DNA of 64,000 nt from Callorhinchus milii (lineage: Eukaryota): NCBI RefSeq assembly GCF_018977255.1, contig NW_024704743.1, forward strand, positions 49,974,001 to 50,038,000. The letters are read 5' to 3'. Positions within the stretch are counted from its first letter, which is position 1, and every line of letters starts with the position of its first letter. The position numbers and the translations under genes were made by a program. The notes beneath the pieces were generated by a model. That model searched no databases. It worked only from the letters and a program-made list of their open reading frames with translations, and was not told where the DNA came from. Below are positions 13,571 through 26,909 of the stretch, piece by piece.

Positions 13571-13939
13571 AAGCCCCCCAGAACACTACTCAACATGAAA
13601 CGCGCTATATAAATGCAAGTTGTTGTTGTTGGCTCCATTCAATGGATTTAAGAGTGACACAGTTTGGATAGAATCAACAATATAATATTTTTGCAGCCAC
13701 TCAGAGACAGTAAAGCGCTTTCAAATTGCTTTTCTTCCAAATGCCTAGAGGACTTATTTTGCATATCTCAGACCTTCTCGCCTCAGTTCTGTACTTTAAC
13801 AGGCACCTTGTCAGTCCCTGTTTCACAGAAGGAGTAACTGGAGCAACAGACAGCCATGTCTACTGCTTATGTTCCTATTATACATTTCAGCAGTTTGTCA
13901 ACTTGTTCCTTTCTTGCAACAAGTGACTCATCTAATGGC

Positions 13940-14335
13940 CTTGAGGGTGAACACTGTCCCATGTAACACTGGGCCGTACAGATTACAACATCATAGATTT
14001 GATTCCTGGCCTGTGCTAAAGGAGCTGATCTCACCAAAGCATTATAAATCACTTCAGGACTGCTGAACTAGATAGAGGGAGAATCATCGCAGGTGCCTAT
14101 GACTGATTGCTATCCAGTGCCTCTTGAGAGTGCGTTTGGGGAAATATTGCGCAAGGAAACTACTGGCCTCTGTTGTCATGCTCTGGAAAGTTTAAGAACC
14201 AGCCAACCCACACTGCACCGCCTCACACAAGAGGATTGGACACATAGGTAAGCAACTGGTGGGCGGGCAGCAGCTGGAGTCTGCAGAACAGGCAGTCGTC
14301 ACGAGATAACATGAGGAAAAAGACAGAAAATTGGC
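13940..14335 (+). mobile_element. Ancient SINE relic (AmnSINE2-like)
   Basis: gccgtacaga...gattcctggcctgtgct...agctgatctca...tgattgctatccagtg. Related minus-strand relics lie at ~48320-48430, ~51610-51790 and ~52390-52610. Family name is from memory. Confidence 0.5.
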
Positions 14336-14544
14336 AAGTAAAAATCAATGTGCTGTTAAATTCCAGCATCAGGGGCTTTCAATCTTTGAGACAGAAATGA
14401 ATGATGTTATTGCCCTATTCTCCCGAAGCTGGTGAGTTACCTGACAAGCAACTGTTCTGTTCCGCTCGATCCCAATAAATAGCTCTGTACAAAGAGGCAG
14501 GTAATTGCTTCACTTTATAAATAAATTTGGAGTAGTGGCCGTCT

Positions 14545-14800
14545 GTGTGTGCCACCATTGGTGGCCGTGCCTTCAGCCACTGCGCCCCGAAACTTTGGAA
14601 ATCTCTCCCTCATAGTTCCTCGGCCTTGCCCCCTCCCTCCCTCCTTCCCCACATTTAAATCCCGCCTAAAGACCTTTCTTTTTGATCATGCTTACAGTTA
14701 CCTCCCCACTCCCTCTCCCCAAGCTCAGGGTCAGACTCCACCACTGTCAAGCGCTCCAAGACGCTACCCCACATGAAGGATGCAAGTTGTTGTTATTGCT
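14545..14800 (+). mobile_element. Older L2 3' fragment
   Basis: ggccgtgccttcagcc...FKSRLKTFLFD and tail. Confidence 0.7.
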
Positions 14801-15415
14801 ATCTCTGTTTTTCAGAGTTGTCCTTTTGTTTATCAATTCTACATTGCAGTTCTTTCCCCCATATCTCTTAATGTTAGCACATTTCATGTCGGAAGGACAT
14901 AAAAAATAATTGGCGGCAATAGTGATTAGGCCTCCAATTAATTAGCCCTTCCTCCTAAATTAAATTAGAATAACTGAACAGTGGTAGTAAAAGACCAGAG
15001 TGCCATTGGGGAAAAAACACTTAGATAACTACCCTGTATTTATCTAACATTATATATATTCATGAAGCAGTAGTCTGCATATCCTGAGGCTCCTGGTTGC
15101 TGTGGACTCTGATACTGATATAGAGGAACAATCAAACCAGCTACACATATGCAACCTGAGAGTAGATGCTTTGGATGCTGTATATTTTGTGGCTTTATGT
15201 TGTGGGCATGTAATTTGATATGCGCAGCCCATGTGGAACAGCACGAGTTTTACACAAATGCTCAGTCCTCCCCTCCACCCCACCATAATTAGAAACAATT
15301 CTGGACTGTAGGAGGTAGTGCTTCAATTGCCACTGGAAGAGAGTCGACTTCAGAGATACTGAGAGAAATATCCCCTCCATAAATGGTTCTGATATGTGTG
15401 TCTTATGCGTGCCAG

Positions 15416-15858
15416 CCTGTCTCAGTTGGTAGCACTCTCGCCTCTGAGTTAGATGCTGAGGGTTCAAGCTCTATGTCAGCACTTGGAACTCCTATAGTCT
15501 AAGCTGACACTCCAGTGCAGTGGTGTGGGTGTGATGCATTGGTGCAGGTGCCATCCTTCAGAGGAGTCATTACACCAAGGCTCCGTCTGCCTGATCAGGT
15601 GAACATTAAAGATCCCATGGCACTATTCAAAAAGAGATAGGAACTTCTCTGTGCCTTGGCCATCAATCCCCGAAATAAAATAGGTCATTCGATTCTTGGC
15701 TATTCATAGGATATTGCTGTTTGCAAATTGGCTCCAGTGTTCACCCACAAAATACATGGTCACTCCACTTTACAGGAAAATCCTGTGAAGCGCTTCAGCA
15801 CATCCTCCCAGCATGAAAGCTGCTACATCAAATGTAAGGATTATTATCATTATTATTA
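15416..15858 (+). mobile_element. DeuSINE (SacSINE1/AmnSINE1-like), near full length
   Basis: ctcagttggtagcactctcgcctctgagt head; gctgacactccagtgcagt; caggtgaacattaaagatcccatggcactattc (Deu domain); L2 tail. Confidence 0.88.
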
Positions 15859-15914
15859 TAGCTGGGCATCTCTTGAATCAGGTAGCAGCACTGTTTCATT
15901 TGCTTATTTTTGAC

Positions 15915-16197
15915 TACTTGCATTTCATATAGCCCCTTTCATGCTGTCGAGACGTCTCAAAGCGCTTTACAGGATATACTATAAAGTGACTGCGTATTTT
16001 GTGAGCGAAATGCGGCAGCCAGTTGCATACAGCAATGTCCCACAAACAGCCAAGGTGTGAATGACCAATTTTATTTGGGGGATTGTTGGCCAGGCCTCCG
16101 GGAGAGAGAAACTCCCTTCTCTTTTCAAACAGTGGAATGGAATCTTTAACTTCCAGCTGAACAGGCAGACAGGACCTCGGTTTAACATCTCATCCAA
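15915..16197 (-). mobile_element. DeuSINE 3' two-thirds, tail-to-tail with the previous copy
   Basis: Reverse complement of the Deu domain and tail. Confidence 0.85.
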
Positions 16198-16749
16198 AAT
16201 ACTTCAATCTCAGCCAATAGTACCTCTAGCCATGGAGGTGGTGCAGGAAGAAGAGGCACAGAAGAAGATTGCAGTGGTATCGAGGATGCAGAGAGACTTA
16301 GGAGGACAAAGAGGCAAAACATGCCCTTGGGGAGAATATGCGAGAAACTAATTGGACACACAAAAATTATAATGTGCTATTAAAAAGGCAAATTCTTTCT
16401 TTTTTCTTTGTGATTTGTGAGGTCAGTTTAATTTGTAGAATGAAACCAGAGCTAAATGGTTTGATATGGAACATGATTGTTTTACAAACCTATCTTGAAG
16501 GTTCACTATTTAGCCTGATATTACATTAGCAAACCATCCTCCTGTAAGACACTGAGCAGCAGATACAACTGCCTCTGTTCCTTCAATTTCCATTTTCACT
16601 GATGATGGCAAACATCAAGTACAAATAATTACTGACATTGCATCATATATCTGGGTTTAACTCGACTAAATAATCAGTGCTTGGACAACTGAGCCATGAT
16701 TAGGGATGTTTCTCAGTGACAAAGTAATAAGATATTAATCACTATCCAA

Positions 16750-17200
16750 GGAGGATAGTCACCAGTTGGTCATTCGACATCCGACAAGCGCGGGTTTGAT
16801 CCTCACTAGGTGCATGGTTGGTACAAAGAACTCCCTGTGAGCTTGCTGTTGGGCAACACTTCTCAACATGAAATGTATGAGAGCATTGTCACCATCTTCC
16901 TGTCCACAGCTGAGGCACACACTCCTTCCCATTGAGTGATGGTTCCACCAGTTGGAGTTGCGGAGTTTAAGCAGCAGCTGTTGCCTCTCTGCAGGCCAGT
17001 CAAGGTGGATTCCAGGCACTGGGTCTATGAAAGTGTGTTCATGAACTTGGACTCCAGGTAACGCCTTCCAGCAGCTGTCGTTCCAAGCCTCCGAGATTTC
17101 TCATCAGCTGTTTGGCAGTAATCTGCCTTCAGTGTGGTGGGTGGACTTTTACAGATAGCTTGTGACGTGCCAGCCACCATGGTGTTCTAGGGGGTCCAAG
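16750..17200 (-). mobile_element. Same LINE family, zinc-knuckle coding region
   Basis: QLLLKLRNSNWWNHHSMGRSVCLSCGQEDGDNALIHFML. The copy at 7855 supplies HFMLIC, giving C-x2-C-x10-H-x4-C. Confidence 0.75.
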
Positions 17201-18159
17201 TCTAATGCTATGTACCATTAACAGAACAATAGCTTAGAATCATAGAAATTTATGGCACAGAAAGAAGGCCATTTGGCAGATTGTGTCTGTACGGGCTCTT
17301 AATAGGAATCCTTTCAGTCCAATTTAGCTGCCTTTCTCCATTCATTTATTATTTTAGTTAATTCTGGATTCTGCCTCATCCACTGCTCCGAGCAGCACAT
17401 TCTATGTATGCCCCAACTACTCAGTATGTGAAACAAAATCTCCCAACCACCCAATTTGTTTGTTAACTATCTTGAATTGATACCCGCTGGTCACTGACTC
17501 ATCGACCATGAATGAATATATTTAAGATAACTTAAAATCAAGCTAAAAGACACATAGATGGTACAGTGCTGGATATGTGAACAATATTACTTATGCAAAT
17601 GACCATTAATACTCAGATGGTGACAAGTCTCAATCAAAATCTGTCATACTTGTGAAAAAAAACTTAAGAATGTTGTGATGGTGTGTTACTAGTCAATTTT
17701 GTGGTGCAAATGCTTTCCTGGTGGATTGACATTTACTGGAAAGATTACTGAAAGCGTCTGCAAATCAGTAATTAATTACTATTTAAAAATCTGAAATGTA
17801 CAATGAACAACAAAAAATTGCATTTAACAACCATTATCAACCATTATTATCCATGATCCAAATCTTTGTGTGCAACATTATGATATTTAAGAAACTCTCA
17901 GCACAAGCCGAACATTAACTCAGGCAGTTATATTTATAAAAATGGGCAGAATTCAGATGGGTTATTTGCAGCACAAGACAATGAGGTGCAATCTTAATAA
18001 AAAAAATTAAGAGTTAATTATGTGAATTTTGCAACTGTCAAAAAACAAACTAGACTGCAATTGATATGTAGCATAAAAAAAGGTTCAATACAACTACAGT
18101 TATTTTTGAATGTTGATGTAAGATACTTTCCCTTGAAAAGTTTTATCTGTTCATTTACC

Positions 18160-18548
18160 TGACTCAAGTGGTAGGACTCTCAACTCTGAATCAGAAAGGT
18201 GTGGGTTCAGATCCCCTGTGTGGAGAATTTGAACTCACAATCCAGGCTGATGCTCCAATACAGTGCAACTAAAGTATGAGACATTAAGCCGAAGCCCATC
18301 TGCCTATTCAAGTGGGTGTTGAAGATCCCTTGGCATTATTTGAAAAGAGAAGAGTTTCTCTTGGTGTCTCTGCAAACAATCCGCCTGAAAACAATTGGTC
18401 ATTTACTTCAGGGCTGTTTGTGGGATATTCACTGACACATTTACCAACAAATACACTTTCAGTTCACCTTACAGTAAATTCTGTGGAGCGCTTTGAAACA
18501 TTTACGATATGATAAAGCTCCTTATCAAATGTAAGGATTATTATTATC
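18160..18548 (+). mobile_element. DeuSINE
   Basis: Head ctctgaatcagaaagg, Deu domain and tail. Confidence 0.78.
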
Positions 18549-21500
18549 TAGTTCAATGCTGACCTAATGGCCTCACTCTTCAGGGATGAAAAGTTGAGTC
18601 AGAATTTCACTGGTGCGTGCAGCAGCGTTTGAGCTGGTACCACAGCATCCTGGAAGAATTTCAGAGTTCAGGGAACACTGGCTTATCTCAACTTCAAAAG
18701 TTATCGACTAGCATCTCAGCAGCAGGAGAGGGAAGCTCAGTGATGTGACAACCAGCGTCAGTGGCTATTATGACAGTGAATGTCACATTTTTCACCACCA
18801 ATACTGAGGAATCTGAACACAATGGTCAGCGTAGTCATTCAAAAGATGTGAGCAGTTTTCAAGAGCAGTCATGTCAATAACTTCAATGCAGTGTGCTCCA
18901 GTGTTCATATCAATTTTTAAAAAAAAAATTCAATCAACACCATGAACTGATTGATCCCTGGGAGTGTTTATTCAGGCTAATGGACATAAAGAATGCATTT
19001 AATTATAAATTCCCTAACTGCCATAAATTATTTCATTCATAAAAATCCTACAGCTGCTTTAAGGTAATGTGGATCCTTTTACTCTGAAGATTTCGGATTT
19101 CTTACATTCCCATTCAACCGTGTTCATTGCAAATGCCAGACCAAAGAGATGCCACTTCTAAATGTTGCTGCTGAAGTGGAATTTTCAACTTCAGTCAATT
19201 TGTCATCAGTTAATGTATTTTCAAACTCTCCCACTGCTGATCGCAACATGACGACATACAAATTGTCCTGTTTGCACTTGTTTTCCAAGGGTTTCAACAT
19301 TTTCCACTACTTTTCCTGACATCACTGCTAACAACATTGAAGTGTAGAATTCTGTGCACTTTCTCCACCTGCCATAATAAGCACATATCTTACACAGGCT
19401 TTAGCTTGATGGTATTTTTCCTTCACCAATCGTAAATTATGTCTACAGTAGAATAAATACCTGCATGTTTGTTACCTGTATCAGATAATGCCTATGGTCA
19501 TCTCAAACCTACTTGGCATGGTGCTCTGTCACTGTCAAGCGCTCTGGGACGCTGCACTGCATAAGGAGCACTATGTAAATGCAAGATAGAGCATCCCCTT
19601 TTTGCTTTTGTATTTTCATTTCCTATTTCTAAAATCTAAGTCTCCATTAGCTTTCTTGACATATTTATTCACCTGCCTCCCTACCTTTAAATAGTTACAT
19701 ATGCAACCCGATCTTTTACTCCTTTTAAAATGTTATCATTTAGCATTTACTTGTATTTTCTCCCTGCCAAAATGTCACACTTTTCTGCATCAAATTTCAG
19801 TTGAAACTGAATCTACTAGTTTACCTGTTTCCTCCTGCACTTGCTTTCAATCTTCTTCACTGTTAGCTGTTGAGTCAACAAAACACGCAGACAGTTTTAT
19901 ATTGTAAGTAAATTAGCTCCAAGCAGTAGTGCTGTACTTCACAAAACCTATCTTTGAACACGTTTTGGTCATCGTTCCTCTCACCAACTCCCGTGGCTCC
20001 CACCTCCAGCTCTAATACTAAGCCAAGATTGTTAGGTGCTTTGGGATGTCCTACCAACATGAAAGGCTCCTTATAAATATAAATTTGCATTGTATTAGAG
20101 GGACAACCTAGATCATGAGCTTAACTCGGCCAAGCTGAAACTTCTCTGTACCCCAACTAGAAGGGACTAAACAATAATGTGTAATGTAGCTGAAAACCGC
20201 ATGAACAAACAGCAGACAGAAAGGAGTCAAGAAGATAATAAAAATGAATATAAATAATTTAACACAATGCAGCTAAAACACAATATTATCATTAATTATG
20301 TAATATCACATCTTGTAAATACTGTAGCTCTCAGTATTGAGATCTTGAGAATTGCAAGATCTTTCTTGAAATATAAAAAACAAAACCCAGCTTTGGTGAA
20401 ATCTTGATTTTTTTAATAATTGAGAAATCACAACAAGGAAGTAAGGCATCGAATGCTGGATGACACGAAGGTTAAACAGAGTAGAAAGCAAGATAAATCA
20501 AGTAGTGATTAGATGGCACCAGGCTTGTGTTTTAAAAGCTTGTAGATCAGGAGGTCTCAATTATACACAAACACGGTCCACTTAATGTCAGTCATTGATC
20601 TACCAAGGCTCGGATCTACCAATATCCCTAGCAGCTGAAATGAGCTCTTTGAGAGTAAAATCAATTTGAAGTTCCGGTGCACCTTTCAGTTTTTTCTATT
20701 GATTGCTCAACTCAAAGCCAGGTTTACTTCTCCTCCTATCCACCAACTACATATATTTTTATATAGAAGTTTTACTTTATAACAAACAGACATGCTTACT
20801 TACAAATAAGTATGGAACACGGGATGGAGTACAACACGTACCCTGTCTTATGAACAATAACAGTGCCCAAAAATGTCAACAAACTTCCTCTCTTGATTTA
20901 CCCATAATTCAACTTTTGATAAAGGCTTTTATTATGGAATTTTACAATATAAAACACTGGAGTTTCTGGCCAATACTCCCCCAGATAAAACTGGTTGTTC
21001 ACTTTATTTATTACAATTCCTTCTGTATAGCTGTATTTGCATATGGTTTACACAATCCACAAAATCAACCCTACTATCTCCATTGATTGACTTTTTTTTC
21101 AATATAACAACTTGTATTTATAGCGTGACTTTCATGCTGGGTAGCATCTTGAAGTCCTGGAGTTTCCATAATTGGACTCAGTGAAGATGTCACCAACTTG
21201 GAGCAATGTAGCAGAATGAATTAGCACGATGTGAAAAGGTCAATTAGTGGATCAGATGGGACTCCAATGCCATTATCACTTGGAGCCCAAGCATATAACA
21301 ACAACAAAATTACATTTGTATAGCGTATTTCACATCAGGAGGACGTCCCAATACAGTATGATCTCCATTGTAATCTCAACAACAACTTATATAACACCCT
21401 TTACACAGGATGGCATCTCGGAGCGCTGTACAGTGGCGCGGTTGGAGGCCAGGCAAGGGAGAAGGGGGAAGTAACGAGAACAGAAGGGAGAGAATTACTA

Positions 21501-21793
21501 GTGAAATTTCCCTGAACATATTAGCATTATTAAAATCTCTTATTGTTAAGAGTTTATAAGGGGAACAAAAGTGCTTGACACAAAAAGAGGAAACCAATCA
21601 TCTTGAAAGCAGTTTCAGTGCTCGAGAAATTGTTAGGTTATTGAGGGTCAGAACTTGAAGAATTAACAGCTAAGCCATCAAAGGTAAGAGGATCCCACAG
21701 GAGGCAACCAGCTGCCTTTCTTTAAGTGAGTTTGCCAGTCCTGCTGCTCCAAGCCCCGCATCGGAATTGGAAACCATGGGTCTATGCTGACAT

Positions 21794-22158
21794 GGAGCCC
21801 TGTAGCTCAGTGGTTAGAGCACTCGCCTGGCAAGCGAGTAGACCTGGGTTCAATTCCCGGCAGAGCGAATTTTTGGCAACTTTCCTTACTCCACATGCCT
21901 CTGTTTACCTAGCAGTAATTAGGAACCTGGTTATTAGTCAATTGGCAGATCGCTTTTTCGAGGGTAATAATCCCTTCAAAATATAGTTTGGTCACTCAAG
22001 CCACGAATATTTGTGGGACACTTCTATGCACAATTGACTTCTACGTTTCGCCCACAAAATACACAATTCACTTTACAGTATATTCCATGAAGCGCTTTGA
22101 GATGCCTCAAAGACGTAATAATGTGCTACATCAAGTACAAGCATCATTATTGTTGTTG
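21794..22158 (+). mobile_element. Composite SINE, long subfamily, nested in a DeuSINE (~21745-22425)
   Basis: Full head to tail; DeuSINE sequence on both flanks. Confidence 0.87.
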
Positions 22159-23599
22159 GAGGTGCTGTCATCGGATGTGAAACCAAAGCTCCCTCTGCCT
22201 TCTAGTCAAGATGTTCAACACGTTAAAGGTCCCACATCACTATTTGAAAGTAGAAGGGAGTTGCTCTCAGTCATGGACAACAATCCCCCAAATAAAATTG
22301 ATCATTCACTTCATGGCTGCCTGGGGACATTGCTGTATGCAACTGGCTGCCAGGTGTGTCCAGGAACTGCACAGTCAATACAATTTACAGTATATGCTGT
22401 GAAGCTTTGGGACATCCTCCTGTCAGGTTGTTCATTTAGGATTCTTAATGAAATATTCATAAGGATGCGTCTTTTCCTTAAGAAGAAACATTTTGTTTCT
22501 GAATAGAATGTTTAAAGATCAAGAGGAGAAATCCAAGTGAAAGAAAGTATAATTAATACAACAACAAAAATGCATTTGTATAGCGCCTTTCCCGTTGGAA
22601 GGATGTCCCAAGGCGCTGGACAATTAATGTATCGGACCTGAGCTGGGGGTCGGGATTGGGGAGGGTGAAGGGCAGGGGCTTAATAATAGCCCAGGAGGCT
22701 TAATTAACATTAGTTTAACAATAGCTAATAAGATGGAGGGACGAAAACTATTGTTGTGGCAGCCATATTTTTCACTGCTACAAATTCTCCTGCAGAATAT
22801 CTGTAATGGGATTATTGCATTTACTCCAGTTGATTCAGAATTAATATAACCCATGAAAACAGTTATTTGGGTTTTGGGGGCACTTTCACCCACACAGTAT
22901 ACAGTCAATTTATCAACAACGATATATTCTATGAAGCGCTTTGAGACGTCTCGAAGATGTGATGAGATGCTATATCAAATGCAAAGATTATTATTATATT
23001 ATATAATCCTTACATTGATTGCTGCATCTTTGCATCTCAAGCACTTTCACGTCGGGAGGATATCTCAAAAGACCTAGCTAAGAGACTGCTACATGTATCA
23101 ATCCGATTAAAATATTGTAGACCAGTTTGTTTATTCTGGACCAAGTAAATCTGTGATGTTTAAAACTGAACCACGCCAACCAAATCATCCTCTTTTTACA
23201 TTTGATTCACTCCCATTAACAACAATAAATAAATTCCACTTTCTGACTTGAAGAATATCATCAGTGAGCTCAGCTAATGGTTTCAGGGAGATTTGCCAGT
23301 CCACGAGGAAAGGCCTTGCCAACTCTTGCTCTCAAAGCACAGCATTATTTTTGTGACAGTGCAGTCCCTGACAGCAACTCCACTGTATTAAATTGATACA
23401 TCAGCATTTGGTGGTTATTCACTGTGTGCACATTAAATGTGACATGAGGCAGAGTAATACGCTTTCTATTCAGTATTTGAAATAGCGAGAACAAATTGTC
23501 CCTCTAATTAATATCTTTTATGCAATAGATTTTAATTCTGACTATTCTCCGGAGGGTGGGAGGTGGAAGTGGTGGGGGAGGGGGGGAGTAAACAGGATC

Positions 23600-23755
23600 T
23601 CCTTAGGGCCGAACTGCTTAGCAACAGAATATCAAAATCGATTCGACCCTCTGTAGGGTTGCGGAATTCCGACTCCTGAGCCAGGGCACTGCTGATGACC
23701 AAGCGGCCTATCTGGCTGGACGGCAGGATTTGGAACGGCAGACCCGTCAAGGATT
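23600..23755 (+). mobile_element. Same LINE family fragment
   Basis: IWLDGRIWNGRPV, homologous to VWLIGRIWKGRPV. Confidence 0.65.
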
Positions 23756-24039
23756 ATGATTCCAACTGTCTTAGTTCCATCCAAACATGTAGTCTTGCAG
23801 TTATCTGCTCTCTGCTTCACAATTGGCAACACCTCCTAGCTTACTGTCGTCAACAATTTCGGAGCGATTCTGCTTTATTCCTTTATTTGTGTCATCCATA
23901 TTTAGGATGAAAGCTGGGGACCCAGCACCAATCCCTAGGGATGTAATTTCATATACATTACACCTATCCATTATCTTTCAACTACCACACTAGTAGTTCT
24001 GTCATTTGGTTAGCTGGACACAATCTACCTTTCAAAAAA

Positions 24040-24390
24040 CAATCCTGACTCCCTCATCAGTTCACATTTCCCATCAGTTCACTCTCACTTTTAAATCGCA
24101 TTATGCCCTGGCACCTCCCTACTTTGCTCAGCTGGCTCAGGTCTTCTGCACATCCCTCGCCCTCTCCACTATTATTGGCCATGTTTTCAGCCACTTTGCC
24201 CGGAACTCTTTGCCTCAATCCTTCTGTTTTACCATCTCTTTGCCTTACTTCAAATCACACCTGAAGATTTTCCTCTTCACCCTGCCTTCAATCACCTCCC
24301 TTCTTTCAGCTCAGCATCAAAGCCCACTACTCTTGAGTGCTCAACGACTCTACGCTAGGAGCCCTATATAAATGCAAGATGTTGTTGTTT
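24040..24390 (+). mobile_element. Older L2 3' fragment
   Basis: Degenerate AFS..A..WNSLP region and tail ctatataaatgcaagatgttgttg. Confidence 0.6.
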
Positions 24391-24483
24391 CCTTTCTATA
24401 GTGCCACCTTTGCTACTATCCAATTTTCCAGTATTTTTCCCAAATCTGGAAAACTAAGATTCTACCGAATGCATAGCATGCAT

Positions 24484-24850
24484 GAGGGGTGGAAGGCAGG
24501 TCGGGTGTGTGAAGGAGGGTGGCCGAAGGCACAGTCAAAGAGGAAGATCTTTAGAAGGGACTTGAAGGAGGCAAGAGAGGGGGTGAGGCAGAGGGATTGC
24601 AGGATAGAGTTCCAGAGTGTTGGGGCAGAAACGCTGACTGCCCATCCACCAATGGTGGGACGGGAAGCGTGGGGGACCTGAAGCAGGCCAGTGTCTGCCG
24701 AGTAGAGGGAGTGGACAGGCTGATATGGGGTTAGGAGGTTGGGAGACGTAGGGGGAGCAAGACGGTGGAGAGCTTTGAAAGTGAGAACCGAAGCTTTTTA
24801 CTCGATTCTCTGAGCAATGGGGAGCCAGTGAAGCCGGGCAAGAAAGGGAT
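24484..24850 (-). mobile_element. L2 LINE 3' fragment
   Basis: Homologous to the 61300-61640 region. Confidence 0.8.
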
Positions 24851-24869
24851 AAAGGCATTGATTGGTTCG

Positions 24870-25175
24870 CGGTAAACCAAGGTCCTGTCTGCTGGTTCAG
24901 GTGGTTATTAAAGATCCTATTAAAGTATTTGAAAAGCGAAGGGGTTTCTCCTGATATCCTGGCCAATAATCCACCAGACAGAATAGCCAATCACTCAAGG
25001 CTTTTTGTAGGATGTATGCTGTGCTCAAATTGGCTGCCGCGTTCACCTACAAAATACACTGTCACTATACTTTAAAGTAGATCTTGTGAAGCGTTTAAGA
25101 TGTTTCAATGATGTGATAAGGCGATATAATTTATTGCATTTGATGGCACTACATCAAATGCAAGGATTAATAATA
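24870..25175 (+). mobile_element. DeuSINE 3' part
   Basis: caggtggttattaaagatcc; caaattggctgccgcgtt. Confidence 0.78.
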
Positions 25176-26534
25176 TTGGTATTAATAATGTAATCTACTT
25201 GAAATAAGTGTCAGCTGGGCAATTAGTAAGAAAGAACTTTTTATAGCGCATTTATCATATTGAAAAGGTATTTCACAGGTAATGATTGGTATTGTTCGTT
25301 GTATCCAAAATATAAAACTTTTTTGTTGTATACATGACATGTATTATTTTGTAATGTGTACAGATAGTTTAAATATAAAGGCTGGGACTGCACTGTACAA
25401 CAACAACAACAACAGCATGGCACCTTTCAGACCTGATATAACGCCTTGGAGTGCTGTACAGTAGCAGGGTTGGATGCTGAGCAAGTGAGAATGGGAGGGG
25501 GGGTAACCATATGGGCAATCAAAGTGGTAGGTCTTAAGGTGGGAATGTATAAACCCCTATACATTGCAGCCCACTGCAGAAACCACAAAAATACAAAGTA
25601 AAAGGACTATCATTCATGCAATAAGAAGGTAAGCAATAATGCACATAAATACAGAGAAACTCCCATCTAGGCTGAGTGTGTGAATACCTGTATTTTAAAA
25701 TGTTCACTCTATTTGTTATGACTAGCAGAGTTAATTTAAGCATAAAATTCCTGTATGCAGTAAATTTAGCAGCATTTCATGAAGTGTTCAATGGGATAAT
25801 TATCACATCAAATGCATTATGAAAAGGCACACATTTCACCCTATTTCTGTTCAGATAATAATAATAGTAATAATTATCCTTGCATTGTTATAGCACCTTA
25901 ACCACATTGTTGAAATGTCTCAATGTGCTTCAAAGGATTTTTACTGTGAAGTGTGGGATTGTCAAACAATGTTAGTATTTTATGTTTGCGATGTTTTGGG
26001 AAAATCATGTCTGAGGATGAATGAAAGGAAATTGATGTCTTCCATCAAACATAAAATAATACAATATCATTTACATTTATATAGCGGTTTTTATGTCAAC
26101 AGCATGTTTCAAAGCGCTTGACTCTATGGGATGGACACCCAAGTTGGGGGTAATAATAATGCTACTAAATTCACGCATATTGCATTTCTTGTTTAAATTA
26201 ACCCTAGTCACAACAAATAGAGTGAAGATTTTATAAAACAGATATTCACACCCTCAGCCTAAATGGGAGTTTATCTGTATTTAAGTATCTGATAAAATTA
26301 TAGTAGCTTATCACATCGTTGGGATCTCTCAAAGCACTTCACAGCATATACATTGTGAATTATAATAACTGTATTTTTAACATAGCACCCAATTTGTGCA
26401 CATCAATATCCCACAAGCAGTCATGAAATGAATGATCAGTTTTATCCGGAGGATTCTCTTTTTGAATAGTGCCATAGGATTTTTAACATCCACCTGAACA
26501 GGAATTACTAGATGGAAGAGTGGACCATCTAGAC

Positions 26535-26909
26535 CAGTGGTGGCCAATCTTGTTTGGTCGGCCAACAAAATATATTTTCTTGATTGAATATTTCTTGATG
26601 TTTGGCAGTAGTGGCCAACCCATGGCCTCCGGGCCAGAAGTGCAACATTCGCACTAGTCTAAGTTAGTCTGTTTTAAAACAATAGGATGTTTCCAGTTTA
26701 TCTTGATGGAATACTTCTTGATTAATAGTATGGATATTCAATCCAGAAAATGTATTTTGTTGGCTAACCAAAAAGGTTGGCCACTACTGAGTTTTGCCAT
26801 AAATCAAGAAATATTCAATCAAGAAAAAGCTGGAAACACACTACCGACTGAACTTGGACTTACCTAGACAAGTGCTGATGTTTTGGCTGCCCCTTCTTGG
26901 CCGGCACTG
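26535..26909. mobile_element. hAT-superfamily MITE (outer copy) containing an inverted copy of the same family
   Basis: Ends cagtggtggccaa...ttggccggcactg. 8-bp TSD atctagac/gtctagac (26527-26534, 26910-26917), the NTCTAGAN target typical of Charlie-type hATs. Splits a DeuSINE. Confidence 0.85.
26606..26789. mobile_element. hAT MITE (inner copy, opposite orientation)
   Basis: Perfect 15-bp TIRs cagtagtggccaacc/ggttggccactactg. Its reverse complement aligns with the outer element (gccaacaaaata-attttct-gattgaatat; atcaagaa-tattc-atcaaga-aa-ctggaaaca). Confidence 0.8.
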
